From Eledone cirrhosa (Eukaryota): DNA of 64,000 bases. Shown one piece after another: positions 8,901 to 24,800 of this stretch. Position numbers and translations under genes: made by a program. Below the pieces are notes generated by a model. It was not told the origin of the DNA. It was given only the letters and a program-made list of their open reading frames with translations, and searched no databases. Location: positions 234,174,001 to 234,238,000 of the forward strand of contig OZ024743.1 of assembly GCA_964016885.1 (NCBI GenBank), given 5' to 3'. The number at the start of each line of letters is the position of its first letter. The stretch's first letter is position 1.

Positions 8901-11900
8901 ACTGGTACATGTGCAGACACTCATTGGCTATGTGTGGCGTGAATTTCAGCAAGATATCTCCGTAAAATCAATAGTTGTGGCTGTGGAACCAAACCGTGTT
9001 AAACGTCAGCAAAGTCCGCCGGCGAATGGTGTGCTTCGAAGAAAACGAATCCAAAAATGACGATTTGCCGGCGGAGTTACCTTTTCAATCGCGGCCCGGC
9101 CGCCCGTGGTCGGATCGATCTGTAATTACTGGTACATGTGCAGACACTCATTGGCTATGTGTGGCGTGAATTTCAGCAAGATATCTCCGTAAAATCAATA
9201 GTTGTGGCTGTGGAACCAAACCGTGTTAAACGTCAGCAAAGTCCGCCGGCGAATGGTGTGCTTCGAAGAAAACGAATCCAAAAATGACGATTTGCCGGCG
9301 GAGTTACCTTTTCAATCGCGGGCCGGCCGCCCGTGGTCGGATCGATCTGTAATTACTGGTAGATGTGCAGACACTCATTGGCTATGTGTGGCGTGAATTT
9401 CAGCAAGATATCTCCGTAAAATCAATAGTTGTGGCTGTGAGCCAAACCGTGTTAAACGTCAGCAAAGTCCGCCGGCGAATGGTGTGCTTCGAAGAAAACG
9501 AATCCAAAAATGACGATTTGCCGGCGGAGTTACCTTTTCAATCGCGGGCCGGCCGCCCGTGGTCGGATCGATCTGTAATTACTGGTAGATGTGCAGACAC
9601 TCATTGGCTATGGGTGGCGTGAATTTCAGCAAGATATCTCCGTAAAATCAATAGTTGTGGCTGTGGAACCAAACCGTGTTAAACGTCAACAAAGTCCGCC
9701 GGCGAATGGTGTGCTTCGAAGAAAACGAATCCAAAAATGACGATTTGCCGGCGGAGTTACCTTTTCAATCGCGGGCCGGCCGCCCGTGGTCGGATCGATC
9801 TGTAATTACTGGTACATGTGCAGACACTCATTGGCTATGTGTGGCGTGAATTTCAGCAAGATATCTCCGTAAAATCAATAGTTGTGGTTGTGGAACCAAA
9901 CCGTGTTAAACGTCAGCAAAGTCCGCCGGCGAATGGTGTGCTTCGAAGAAAACGAATCCAAAAATGACGATTTGCCGGCGGAGTTACCTTTTCAATCGCG
10001 GGCCGGCCGCCCGTGGTCGGATCGATCTGTAATTACTGGTACATGTGCAGACACTCATTGGCTATGGGTGGCGTGAATTTCAGCAAGATATCTCCGTAAA
10101 ATCAATAGTTGTGGCTGTGGAACCAAACCGTGTTAAACGTCAACAAAGTCCGCCGGCGAATGGTGTGCTTCGAAGAAAACGAATCCAAAAATGACGATTT
10201 GCCGGCGGAGTTACCTTTTCAATCGCGGGCCGGCCGCCCGTGGTCGGATCGATCTGTAATTACTGGTACATGTGCAGACACTCATTGGCTATGTGTGGCG
10301 TGAATTTCAGCAAGATATCTCCGTAAAATCAATAGTTGTGGCTGTGGAACCAAACCGTGTTAAACGTCAACAAAGTCTGCCGGCGAATGGTGTGCTTCGA
10401 AGAAAACGAATCCAAAAATGACGATTTGCCGGCGGAGTTACCTTTTCAATCGCGGGCCGGCCGCACGTGGTCGGATCGATCTGTAATTACTGGTACCTGT
10501 GCAGACACTCATTGGCTATGGGTGGCGTGAATTTCAGCAAGATATCTCCGTAAAATCAATAGTTGTGGCTGTGGAACCAAACCGTGTTAAACGTCAACAA
10601 AGTCCGCCGGCGAATGGTGTGCTTCGAAGAAAACGAATCCAAAAATGACGATTTGCCGGCGGAGTTACCTTTTCAATCGCGGGCCGGCCGCCCGTGGTCG
10701 GATCGATCTGTAATTACTGGTACATGTGCAGACACTCATTGGCTATGTGTGGCGTGAATTTCAGCAAGATATCTCCGTAAAATCAATAGTTGTGGCTGTG
10801 GAACCAAACCGTGTTAAACGTCAGCAAAGTCCGCCGGCAAATGGTGTGCTTCGAAGAAAACGAATCCAAAAATGACGATTTGCCGGCGGAGTTACCTTTT
10901 CAATCGCGGGCCGGCCGCCCGTGGTCGGATCGATCTGTAATTACTGGTAGATGTGCAGACACTCATTGGCTATGGGTGGCGTGAATTTCAGCAAGATATC
11001 TCCGTAAAATCAATAGTTGTGGCTGTGGAACCAAACCGTGTTAAACGTCAACAAAGTCCGCCGGCGAATGGTGTGCTTCGAAGAAAACGAATCCAAAAAT
11101 GACGATTTGCCGGCGGAGTTACCTTTTCAATCGCGGGCCGGCCGCCCGTGGTCGGATCGATCTGTAATTACTGGTACATGTGCAGACACTCATTGGCTAT
11201 GTGTGGCGTGAATTTCAGCAAGATATCTCCGTAAAATCAATAGTTGTGGTTGTGGAACCAAACCGTGTTAAACGTCAGCAAAGTCCGCCGGCGAATGGTG
11301 TGCTTCGAAGAAAACGAATCCAAAAATGACGATTTGCCGGCGGAGTTACCTTTTCAATCGCGGGCCGGCCGCCCGTGGTCGGATCGATCTGTAATTACTG
11401 GTACATGTGCAGACACTCATTGGCTATGTGTGGCGTGAATTTCAGCAAGATATCTCCGTAAAATCAATAGTTGTGGCTGTGGAACCAAACCGTGTTAAAC
11501 GTCAGCAAAGTCCGCCGGCAAATGGTGTGCTTCGAAGAAAACGAATCCAAAAATGACGATTTGCCGGCGGAGTTACCTTTTCAATCGCGGGCCGGCCGCC
11601 CGTGGTCGGATCGATCTGTAATTACTGGTACATGTGCAGACACTCATTGGCTATGTGTGGCGTGAATTTCAGCAAGATATCTCCGTAAAATCAATAGTTG
11701 TGGCTGTGGAACCAAACCGTGTTAAACGTCAGCAAAGTCCGCCGGCGAATGGTGTGCTTCGAAGAAAACGAATCCAAAAATGACGATTTGCCGGCGGAGT
11801 TACCTTTTCAATCGCGGGCCGGCCGCCCGTGGTCGGATCGATCTGTAATTACTGGTACATGTGCAGACACTCATTGGCTATGTGTGGCGTGAATTTCAGC

Positions 11901-12816
11901 AAGATATCTCCGTAAAATCAATAGTTGTGGTTGTGGAACCAAACCGTGTTAAACGTCAGCAAAGTCCGCCGGCGAATGGTGTGCTTCGAAGAAAACGAAT
12001 CCAAAAATGACGATTTGCCGGCGGAGTTACCTTTTCAATCGCGGGCCGGCCGCCCGTGGTCGGATCGATCTGTAATTACTGGTACATGTGCAGACACTCA
12101 TTGGCTATGGGTGGCGTGAATTTCAGCAAGATATCTCCGTAAAATCAATAGTTGTGGCTGTGGAACCAAACCGTGTTAAACGTCAACAAAGTCCGCCGGC
12201 GAATGGTGTGCTTCGAAGAAAACGAATCCAAAAATGACGATTTGCCGGCGGAGTTACCTTTTCAATCGCGGGCCGGCCGCCCGTGGTCGGATCGATCTGT
12301 AATTACTGGTACATGTGCAGACACTCATTGGCTATGTGTGGCGTGAATTTCAGCAAGATATCTCCGTAAAATCAATAGTTGTGGCTGTGGAACCAAACCG
12401 TGTTAAACGTCAACAAAGTCTGCCGGCGAATGGTGTGCTTCGAAGAAAACGAATCCAAAAATGACGATTTGCCGGCGGAGTTACCTTTTCAATCGCGGGC
12501 CGGCCGCACGTGGTCGGATCGATCTGTAATTACTGGTACCTGTGCAGACACTCATTGGCTATGGGTGGCGTGAATTTCAGCAAGATATCTCCGTAAAATC
12601 AATAGTTGTGGCTGTGGAACCAAACCGTGTTAAACGTCAACAAAGTCCGCCGGCGAATGGTGTGCTTCGAAGAAAACGAATCCAAAAATGACGATTTGCC
12701 GGCGGAGTTACCTTTTCAATCGCGGGCCGGCCGCCCGTGGTCGGATCGATCTGTAATTACTGGTACATGTGCAGACACTCATTGGCTATGTGTGGCGTGA
12801 ATTTCAGCAAGATATC

Positions 12817-15800
12817 TCCGTAAAATCAATAGTTGTGGCTGTGGAACCAAACCGTGTTAAACGTCAGCAAAGTCCGCCGGCAAATGGTGTGCTTCGAAGA
12901 AAACGAATCCAAAAATGACGATTTGCCGGCGGAGTTACCTTTTCAATCGCGGGCCGGCCGCCCGTGGTCGGATCGATCTGTAATTACTGGTAGATGTGCA
13001 GACACTCATTGGCTATGGGTGGCGTGAATTTCAGCAAGATATCTCCGTAAAATCAATAGTTGTGGCTGTGGAACCAAACCGTGTTAAACGTCAACAAAGT
13101 CCGCCGGCGAATGGTGTGCTTCGAAGAAAACGAATCCAAAAATGACGATTTGCCGGCGGAGTTACCTTTTCAATCGCGGGCCGGCCGCCCGTGGTCGGAT
13201 CGATCTGTAATTACTGGTACATGTGCAGACACTCATTGGCTATGTGTGGCGTGAATTTCAGCAAGATATCTCCGTAAAATCAATAGTTGTGGTTGTGGAA
13301 CCAAACCGTGTTAAACGTCAGCAAAGTCCGCCGGCGAATGGTGTGCTTCGAAGAAAACGAATCCAAAAATGACGATTTGCCGGCGGAGTTACCTTTTCAA
13401 TCGCGGGCCGGCCGCCCGTGGTCGGATCGATCTGTAATTACTGGTACATGTGCAGACACTCATTGGCTATGGGTGGCGTGAATTTCAGCAAGATATCTCC
13501 GTAAAATCAATAGTTGTGGCTGTGGAACCAAACCGTGTTAAACGTCAGCAAAGTCCGCCGGCAAATGGTGTGCTTCGAAGAAAACGAATCCAAAAATGAC
13601 GATTTGCCGGCGGAGTTACCTTTTCAATCGCGGGCCGGCCGCCCGTGGTCGGATCGATCTGTAATTACTGGTACATGTGCAGACACTCATTGGCTATGTG
13701 TGGCGTGAATTTCAGCAAGATATCTCCGTAAAATCAATAGTTGTGGCTGTGGAACCAAACCGTGTTAAACGTCAGCAAAGTCCGCCGGCGAATGGTGTGC
13801 TTCGAAGAAAACGAATCCAAAAATGACGATTTGCCGGCGGAGTTACCTTTTCAATCGCGGCCCGGCCGCCCGTGGTCGGATCGATCTGTTATTACTGGTA
13901 CATGTGCACACACTCATTGGCTATGTGTGGCGTGAATTTCAGCAAGATATCTCCGTAAAATCAATAGTTGTGGCTGTGGAACCAAACCGTGTTAAACGTC
14001 AGCAAAGTCCGCCGGCGAATGGTGTGCTTCGAAGAAAACGAATCCAAAAATGACGATTTGCCGGCGGAGTTACCTTTTCAATCGCGGGCCGGCCGCCCGT
14101 GGTCGGATCGATCTGTAATTACTGGTAGATGTGCAGACACTCATTGGCTATGTGTGGCGTGAATTTCAGCAAGATATCTCCGTAAAATCAATAGTTGTGG
14201 CTGTGAGCCAAACCGTGTTAAACGTCAGCAAAGTCCGCCGGCGAATGGTGTGCTTCGAAGAAAACGAATCCAAAAATGACGATTTGCCGGCGGAGTTACC
14301 TTTTCAATCGCGGGCCGGCCGCCCGTGGTCGGATCGATCTGTAATTACTGGTAGATGTGCAGACACTCATTGGCTATGGGTGGCGTGAATTTCAGCAAGA
14401 TATCTCCGTAAAATCAATAGTTGTGGCTGTGGAACCAAACCGTGTTAAACGTCAACAAAGTCCGCCGGCGAATGGTGTGCTTCGAAGAAAACGAATCCAA
14501 AAATGACGATTTGCCGGCGGAGTTACCTTTTCAATCGCGGGCCGGCCGCCCGTGGTCGGATCGATCTGTAATTACTGGTACATGTGCAGACACTCATTGG
14601 CTATGTGTGGCGTGAATTTCAGCAAGATATCTCCGTAAAATCAATAGTTGTGGTTGTGGAACCAAACCGTGTTAAACGTCAGCAAAGTCCGCCGGCGAAT
14701 GGTGTGCTTCGAAGAAAACGAATCCAAAAATGACGATTTGCCGGCGGAGTTACCTTTTCAATCGCGGGCCGGCCGCCCGTGGTCGGATCGATCTGTAATT
14801 ACTGGTACATGTGCAGACACTCATTGGCTATGGGTGGCCTGAATTTCAGCAAGATATCTCCGTAAAATCAATAGTTGTGGCTGTGGAACCAAACCGTGTT
14901 AAACGTCAACAAAGTCCGCCGGCGAATGGTGTGCTTCGAAGAAAACGAATCCAAAAATGACGATTTGCCGGCGGAGTTACCTTTTCAATCGCGGGCCGGC
15001 CGCCCGTGGTCGGATCGATCTGTAATTACTGGTACATGTGCAGACACTCATTGGCTATGTGTGGCGTGAATTTCAGCAAGATATCTCCGTAAAATCAATA
15101 GTTGTGGCTGTGGAACCAAACCGTGTTAAACGTCAGCAAAGTCCGCCGGCAAATGGTGTGCTTCGAAGAAAACGAATCCAAAAATGACGATTTGCCGGCG
15201 GAGTTACCTTTTCAATCGCGGGCCGGCCGCCCGTGGTCGGATCGATCTGTAATTACTGGTACATGTGCAGACACTCATTGGCTATGTGTGGCGTGAATTT
15301 CAGCAAGATATCTCCGTAAAATCAATAGTTGTGGCTGTGGAACCAAACCGTGTTAAACGTCAGCAAAGTCCGCCGGCGAATGGTGTGCTTCGAAGAAAAC
15401 GAATCCAAAAATGACGATTTGCCGGCGGAGTTACCTTTTCAATCGCGGGCCGGCCGCCCGTGGTCGGATCGATCTGTAATTACTGGTACATGTGCAGACA
15501 CTCATTGGCTATGGGTGGCGTGAATTTCAGCAAGATATCTCCGTAAAATCAATTGTTGTGGCTGTGGAACCAAACCGTGTTAAACGTCAACAAAGTCCGC
15601 CGGCGAATGGTGTGCTTCGAAGAAAACGAATCCAAAAATGACGATTTGCCGGCGGAGTTACCTTTTCAATCGCGGGCCGGCCGCCCGTGGTCGGATCGAT
15701 CTGTAATTACTGGTACATGTGCAGACACTCATTGGCTATGTGTGGCGTGAATTTCAGCAAGATATCTCCGTAAAATCAATAGTTGTGGCTGTGGAACCAA

Positions 15801-18800
15801 ACCGTGTTAAACGTCAGCAAAGTCCGCCGGCGAATGGTGTGCTTCGAAGAAAACGAATCCAAAAATGACGATTTGCCGGCGGAGTTACCTTTTCAATCGC
15901 GGCCCGGCCGCCCGTGGTCGGATCGATCTGTAATTACTGGTACATGTGCAGACACTCATTGGCTATGTGTGGCGTGAATTTCAGCAAGATATCTCCGTAA
16001 AATCAATAGTTGTGGCTGTGGAACCAAACCGTGTTAAACGTCAACAAAGTCCGCCGGCGAATGGTGTGCTTCGAAGAAAACGAATCCAAAAATGACGATT
16101 TGCCGGCGGAGTTACCTTTTCAATCGCGGGCCGGCCGCCCGTGGTCGGATCGATCTGTAATTACTGGTACATGTGCAGACACTCATTGGCTATGTGTGGC
16201 GTGAATTTCAGCAAGATATCTCCGTAAAATCAATAGTTGTGGCTGTGGAACCAAACCGTGTTAAACGTCAGCAAAGTCCGCCGGCGAATGGTGTGCTTCG
16301 AAGAAAACGAATCCAAAAATGACGATTTGCCGGCGGAGTTACCTTTTCAATCGCGGGCCGGCCGCCCGTGGTCGGATCGATCTGTAATTACTGGTACATG
16401 TGCAGACACTCATTGGCTATGGGTGGCGTGAATTTCAGCAAGATATCTCCGTAAAATCAATAGTTGTGGTTGTGGAACCAAACCGTGTTAAACGTCAGCA
16501 AAGTCCGCCGGCGAATGGTGTGCTTCGAAGAAAACGAATCCAAAAATGACGATTTGCCGGCGGAGTTACCTTTTCAATCGCGGGCCGGCCGCCCGTGGTT
16601 GGATCGATCTGTAATTACTGGTACATGTGCAGACACTCATTGGCTATGTGTGGCGTGAATTTCAGCAAGATATCTCCGTAAAATCAATAGTTGTGGCTGT
16701 GGAACCAAACCGTGTTAAACGTCAGCAAAGTCCGCCGGCAAATGGTGTGCTTCGAAGAAAACGAATCCAAAAATGACGATTTGCCGGCGGAGTTACCTTT
16801 TCAATCGCGGGCCGGCCGCCCGTGGTCGGATCGATCTGTAATTACTGGTACATGTGCAGACACTCATTGGCTATGTGTGGCGTGAATTTCAGCAAGATAT
16901 CTCCGTAAAATCAATAGTTGTGGCTGTGGAACCAAACCGTGTTAAACGTCAGCAAAGTCCGCCGGCGAATGGTGTGCTTCGAAGAAAACGAATCCAAAAA
17001 TGACGATTTGCCGGCGGAGTTACCTTTTCAATCGCGGCCCGGCCGCCCGTGGTCGGATCGATCTGTAATTACTGGTACATGTGCAGACACTCATTGGCTA
17101 TGTGTGGCGTGAATTTCAGCAAGATATCTCCGTAAAATCAATAGTTGTGGCTGTGGAACCAAACCGTGTTAAACGTCAGCAAAGTCCGCCGGCGAATGGT
17201 GTGCTTCGAAGAAAACGAATCCAAAAATGACGATTTGCCGGCGGAGTTACCTTTTCAATCGCGGGCCGGCCGCCCGTGGTCGGATCGATCTGTAATTACT
17301 GGTAGATGTGCAGACACTCATTGGCTATGTGTGGCGTGAATTTCAGCAAGATATCTCCGTAAAATCAATAGTTGTGGCTGTGAGCCAAACCGTGTTAAAC
17401 GTCAGCAAAGTCCGCCGGCGAATGGTGTGCTTCGAAGAAAACGAATCCAAAAATGACGATTTGCCGGCGGAGTTACCTTTTCAATCGCGGGCCGGCCGCC
17501 CGTGGTCGGATCGATCTGTAATTACTGGTAGATGTGCAGACACTCATTGGCTATGGGTGGCGTGAATTTCAGCAAGATATCTCCGTAAAATCAATAGTTG
17601 TGGCTGTGGAACCAAACCGTGTTAAACGTCAACAAAGTCTGCCGGCGAATGGTGTGCTTCGAAGAAAACGAATCCAAAAATGACGATTTGCCGGCGGAGT
17701 TACCTTTTCAATCGCGGGCCGGCCGCCCGTGGTCGGATCGATCTGTAATTACTGGTAGATGTGCAGACACTCATTGGCTATGTGTGGCGTGAATTTCAGC
17801 AAGATATCTCCGTAAAATCAATAGTTGTGGCTGTGGAACCAAACCGTGTTAAACGTCAGCAAAGTCCGCCGGCAAATGGTGTGCTTCGAAGAAAACGAAT
17901 CCAAAAATGACGATTTGCCGGCGGAGTTACCTTTTCAATCGCGGGCCGGCCGCCCGTGGTCGGATCGATCTGTAATTACTGGTAGATGTGCAGACACTCA
18001 TTGGCTATGGGTGGCGTGAATTTCAGCAAGATATCTCCGTAAAATCAATAGTTGTGGCTGTGGAACCAAACCGTGTTAAACGTCAACAAAGTCCGCCGGC
18101 GAATGGTGTGCTTCGAAGAAAACGAATCCAAAAATGACGATTTGCCGGCGGAGTTACCTTTTCAATCGCGGGCCGGCCGCCCGTGGTCGGATCGATCTGT
18201 AATTACTGGTACATGTGCAGACACTCATTGGCTATGTGTGGCGTGAATTTCAGCAAGATATCTCCGTAAAATCAATAGTTGTGGTTGTGGAACCAAACCG
18301 TGTTAAACGTCAGCAAAGTCCGCCGGCGAATGGTGTGCTTCGAAGAAAACGAATCCAAAAATGACGATTTGCCGGCGGAGTTACCTTTTCAATCGCGGGC
18401 CGGCCGCCCGTGGTCGGATCGATCTGTAATTACTGGTACATGTGCAGACACTCATTGGCTATGGGTGGCGTGAATTTCAGCAAGATATCTCCGTAAAATC
18501 AATAGTTGTGGCTGTGGAACCAAACCGTGTTAAACGTCAGCAAAGTCCGCCGGCAAATGGTGTGCTTCGAAGAAAACGAATCCAAAAATGACGATTTGCC
18601 GGCGGAGTTACCTTTTCAATCGCGGGCCGGCCGCCCGTGGTCGGATCGATCTGTAATTACTGGTACATGTGCAGACACTCATTGGCTATGTGTGGCGTGA
18701 ATTTCAGCAAGATATCTCCGTAAAATCAATAGTTGTGGCTGTGGAACCAAACCGTGTTAAACGTCAGCAAAGTCCGCCGGCGAATGGTGTGCTTCGAAGA

Positions 18801-21800
18801 AAACGAATCCAAAAATGACGATTTGCCGGCGGAGTTACCTTTTCAATCGCGGCCCGGCCGCCCGTGGTCGGATCGATCTGTAATTACTGGTACATGTGCA
18901 GACACTCATTGGCTATGTGTGGCGTGAATTTCAGCAAGATATCTCCGTAAAATCAATAGTTGTGGCTGTGGAACCAAACCGTGTTAAACGTCAGCAAAGT
19001 CCGCCGGCGAATGGTGTGCTTCGAAGAAAACGAATCCAAAAATGACGATTTGCCGGCGGAGTTACCTTTTCAATCGCGGGCCGGCCGCCCGTGGTCGGAT
19101 CGATCTGTAATTACTGGTAGATGTGCAGACACTCATTGGCTATGTGTGGCGTGAATTTCAGCAAGATATCTCCGTAAAATCAATAGTTGTGGCTGTGAGC
19201 CAAACCGTGTTAAACGTCAGCAAAGTCCGCCGGCGAATGGTGTGCTTCGAAGAAAACGAATCCAAAAATGACGATTTGCCGGCGGAGTTACCTTTTCAAT
19301 CGCGGGCCGGCCGCCCGTGGTCGGATCGATCTGTAATTACTGGTAGATGTGCAGACACTCATTGGCTATGGGTGGCGTGAATTTCAGCAAGATATCTCCG
19401 TAAAATCAATAGTTGTGGCTGTGGAACCAAACCGTGTTAAACGTCAACAAAGTCCGCCGGCGAATGGTGTGCTTCGAAGAAAACGAATCCAAAAATGACG
19501 ATTTGCCGGCGGAGTTACCTTTTCAATCGCGGGCCGGCCGCCCGTGGTCGGATCGATCTGTAATTACTGGTACATGTGCAGACACTCATTGGCTATGTGT
19601 GGCGTGAATTTCAGCAAGATATCTCCGTAAAATCAATAGTTGTGGTTGTGGAACCAAACCGTGTTAAACGTCAGCAAAGTCCGCCGGCGAATGGTGTGCT
19701 TCGAAGAAAACGAATCCAAAAATGACGATTTGCCGGCGGAGTTACCTTTTCAATCGCGGGCCGGCCGCCCGTGGTCGGATCGATCTGTAATTACTGGTAC
19801 ATGTGCAGACACTCATTGGCTATGGGTGGCCTGAATTTCAGCAAGATATCTCCGTAAAATCAATAGTTGTGGCTGTGGAACCAAACCGTGTTAAACGTCA
19901 ACAAAGTCCGCCGGCGAATGGTGTGCTTCGAAGAAAACGAATCCAAAAATGACGATTTGCCGGCGGAGTTACCTTTTCAATCGCGGGCCGGCCGCCCGTG
20001 GTCGGATCGATCTGTAATTACTGGTACATGTGCAGACACTCATTGGCTATGTGTGGCGTGAATTTCAGCAAGATATCTCCGTAAAATCAATAGTTGTGGC
20101 TGTGGAACCAAACCGTGTTAAACGTCAGCAAAGTCCGCCGGCAAATGGTGTGCTTCGAAGAAAACGAATCCAAAAATGACGATTTGCCGGCGGAGTTACC
20201 TTTTCAATCGCGGGCCGGCCGCCCGTGGTCGGATCGATCTGTAATTACTGGTACATGTGCAGACACTCATTGGCTATGTGTGGCGTGAATTTCAGCAAGA
20301 TATCTCCGTAAAATCAATAGTTGTGGCTGTGGAACCAAACCGTGTTAAACGTCAGCAAAGTCCGCCGGCGAATGGTGTGCTTCGAAGAAAACGAATCCAA
20401 AAATGACGATTTGCCGGCGGAGTTACCTTTTCAATCGCGGGCCGGCCGCCCGTGGTCGGATCGATCTGTAATTACTGGTACATGTGCAGACACTCATTGG
20501 CTATGGGTGGCGTGAATTTCAGCAAGATATCTCCGTAAAATCAATTGTTGTGGCTGTGGAACCAAACCGTGTTAAACGTCAACAAAGTCCGCCGGCGAAT
20601 GGTGTGCTTCGAAGAAAACGAATCCAAAAATGACGATTTGCCGGCGGAGTTACCTTTTCAATCGCGGGCCGGCCGCCCGTGGTCGGATCGATCTGTAATT
20701 ACTGGTACATGTGCAGACACTCATTGGCTATGTGTGGCGTGAATTTCAGCAAGATATCTCCGTAAAATCAATAGTTGTGGCTGTGGAACCAAACCGTGTT
20801 AAACGTCAGCAAAGTCCGCCGGCGAATGGTGTGCTTCGAAGAAAACGAATCCAAAAATGACGATTTGCCGGCGGAGTTACCTTTTCAATCGCGGCCCGGC
20901 CGCCCGTGGTCGGATCGATCTGTAATTACTGGTACATGTGCAGACACTCATTGGCTATGTGTGGCGTGAATTTCAGCAAGATATCTCCGTAAAATCAATA
21001 GTTGTGGCTGTGGAACCAAACCGTGTTAAACGTCAACAAAGTCCGCCGGCGAATGGTGTGCTTCGAAGAAAACGAATCCAAAAATGACGATTTGCCGGCG
21101 GAGTTACCTTTTCAATCGCGGGCCGGCCGCCCGTGGTCGGATCGATCTGTAATTACTGGTACATGTGCAGACACTCATTGGCTATGTGTGGCGTGAATTT
21201 CAGCAAGATATCTCCGTAAAATCAATAGTTGTGGCTGTGGAACCAAACCGTGTTAAACGTCAGCAAAGTCCGCCGGCGAATGGTGTGCTTCGAAGAAAAC
21301 GAATCCAAAAATGACGATTTGCCGGCGGAGTTACCTTTTCAATCGCGGGCCGGCCGCCCGTGGTCGGATCGATCTGTAATTACTGGTACATGTGCAGACA
21401 CTCATTGGCTATGGGTGGCGTGAATTTCAGCAAGATATCTCCGTAAAATCAATAGTTGTGGTTGTGGAACCAAACCGTGTTAAACGTCAGCAAAGTCCGC
21501 CGGCGAATGGTGTGCTTCGAAGAAAACGAATCCAAAAATGACGATTTGCCGGCGGAGTTACCTTTTCAATCGCGGGCCGGCCGCCCGTGGTTGGATCGAT
21601 CTGTAATTACTGGTACATGTGCAGACACTCATTGGCTATGTGTGGCGTGAATTTCAGCAAGATATCTCCGTAAAATCAATAGTTGTGGCTGTGGAACCAA
21701 ACCGTGTTAAACGTCAGCAAAGTCCGCCGGCAAATGGTGTGCTTCGAAGAAAACGAATCCAAAAATGACGATTTGCCGGCGGAGTTACCTTTTCAATCGC

Positions 21801-24800
21801 GGGCCGGCCGCCCGTGGTCGGATCGATCTGTAATTACTGGTACATGTGCAGACACTCATTGGCTATGTGTGGCGTGAATTTCAGCAAGATATCTCCGTAA
21901 AATCAATAGTTGTGGCTGTGGAACCAAACCGTGTTAAACGTCAGCAAAGTCCGCCGGCGAATGGTGTGCTTCGAAGAAAACGAATCCAAAAATGACGATT
22001 TGCCGGCGGAGTTACCTTTTCAATCGCGGCCCGGCCGCCCGTGGTCGGATCGATCTGTAATTACTGGTACATGTGCAGACACTCATTGGCTATGTGTGGC
22101 GTGAATTTCAGCAAGATATCTCCGTAAAATCAATAGTTGTGGCTGTGGAACCAAACCGTGTTAAACGTCAGCAAAGTCCGCCGGCGAATGGTGTGCTTCG
22201 AAGAAAACGAATCCAAAAATGACGATTTGCCGGCGGAGTTACCTTTTCAATCGCGGGCCGGCCGCCCGTGGTCGGATCGATCTGTAATTACTGGTAGATG
22301 TGCAGACACTCATTGGCTATGTGTGGCGTGAATTTCAGCAAGATATCTCCGTAAAATCAATAGTTGTGGCTGTGAGCCAAACCGTGTTAAACGTCAGCAA
22401 AGTCCGCCGGCGAATGGTGTGCTTCGAAGAAAACGAATCCAAAAATGACGATTTGCCGGCGGAGTTACCTTTTCAATCGCGGGCCGGCCGCCCGTGGTCG
22501 GATCGATCTGTAATTACTGGTAGATGTGCAGACACTCATTGGCTATGGGTGGCGTGAATTTCAGCAAGATATCTCCGTAAAATCAATAGTTGTGGCTGTG
22601 GAACCAAACCGTGTTAAACGTCAACAAAGTCTGCCGGCGAATGGTGTGCTTCGAAGAAAACGAATCCAAAAATGACGATTTGCCGGCGGAGTTACCTTTT
22701 CAATCGCGGGCCGGCCGCACGTGGTCGGATCGATCTGTAATTACTGGTACCTGTGCAGACACTCATTGGCTATGGGTGGCGTGAATTTCAGCAAGATATC
22801 TCCGTAAAATCAATAGTTGTGGCTGTGGAACCAAACCGTGTTAAACGTCAACAAAGTCCGCCGGCGAATGGTGTGCTTCGAAGAAAACGAATCCAAAAAT
22901 GACGATTTGCCGGCGGAGTTACCTTTTCAATCGCGGGCCGGCCGCCCGTGGTCGGATCGATCTGTAATTACTGGTACATGTGCAGACACTCATTGGCTAT
23001 GTGTGGCGTGAATTTCAGCAAGATATCTCCGTAAAATCAATAGTTGTGGCTGTGGAACCAAACCGTGTTAAACGTCAGCAAAGTCCGCCGGCAAATGGTG
23101 TGCTTCGAAGAAAACGAATCCAAAAATGACGATTTGCCGGCGGAGTTACCTTTTCAATCGCGGGCCGGCCGCCCGTGGTCGGATCGATCTGTAATTACTG
23201 GTAGATGTGCAGACACTCATTGGCTATGGGTGGCGTGAATTTCAGCAAGATATCTCCGTAAAATCAATAGTTGTGGCTGTGGAACCAAACCGTGTTAAAC
23301 GTCAACAAAGTCCGCCGGCGAATGGTGTGCTTCGAAGAAAACGAATCCAAAAATGACGATTTGCCGGCGGAGTTACCTTTTCAATCGCGGGCCGGCCGCC
23401 CGTGGTCGGATCGATCTGTAATTACTGGTACATGTGCAGACACTCATTGGCTATGTGTGGCGTGAATTTCAGCAAGATATCTCCGTAAAATCAATAGTTG
23501 TGGTTGTGGAACCAAACCGTGTTAAACGTCAGCAAAGTCCGCCGGCGAATGGTGTGCTTCGAAGAAAACGAATCCAAAAATGACGATTTGCCGGCGGAGT
23601 TACCTTTTCAATCGCGGGCCGGCCGCCCGTGGTCGGATCGATCTGTAATTACTGGTACATGTGCAGACACTCATTGGCTATGGGTGGCGTGAATTTCAGC
23701 AAGATATCTCCGTAAAATCAATAGTTGTGGCTGTGGAACCAAACCGTGTTAAACGTCAGCAAAGTCCGCCGGCAAATGGTGTGCTTCGAAGAAAACGAAT
23801 CCAAAAATGACGATTTGCCGGCGGAGTTACCTTTTCAATCGCGGGCCGGCCGCCCGTGGTCGGATCGATCTGTAATTACTGGTACATGTGCAGACACTCA
23901 TTGGCTATGTGTGGCGTGAATTTCAGCAAGATATCTCCGTAAAATCAATAGTTGTGGCTGTGGAACCAAACCGTGTTAAACGTCAGCAAAGTCCGCCGGC
24001 GAATGGTGTGCTTCGAAGAAAACGAATCCAAAAATGACGATTTGCCGGCGGAGTTACCTTTTCAATCGCGGGCCGGCCGCCCGTGGTCGGATCGATCTGT
24101 AATTACTGGTACATGTGCAGACACTCATTGGCTATGTGTGGCGTGAATTTCAGCAAGATATCTCCGTAAAATCAATAGTTGTGGCTGTGAGCCAAACCGT
24201 GTTAAACGTCAGCAAAGTCCGCCGGCGAATGGTGTGCTTCGAAGAAAACGAATCCAAAAATGACGATTTGCCGGCGGAGTTACCTTTTCAATCGCGGGCC
24301 GGCCGCCCGTGGTCGGATCGATCTGTAATTACTGGTAGATGTGCAGACACTCATTGGCTATGGGTGGCGTGAATTTCAGCAAGATATCTCCGTAAAATCA
24401 ATAGTTGTGGCTGTGGAACCAAACCGTGTTAAACGTCAACAAAGTCTGCCGGCGAATGGTGTGCTTCGAAGAAAACGAATCCAAAAATGACGATTTGCCG
24501 GCGGAGTTACCTTTTCAATCGCGGGCCGGCCGCACGTGGTCGGATCGATCTGTAATTACTGGTACCTGTGCAGACACTCATTGGCTATGGGTGGCGTGAA
24601 TTTCAGCAAGATATCTCCGTAAAATCAATAGTTGTGGCTGTGGAACCAAACCGTGTTAAACGTCAACAAAGTCCGCCGGCGAATGGTGTGCTTCGAAGAA
24701 AACGAATCCAAAAATGACGATTTGCCGGCGGAGTTACCTTTTCAATCGCGGGCCGGCCGCCCGTGGTCGGATCGATCTGTAATTACTGGTACATGTGCAG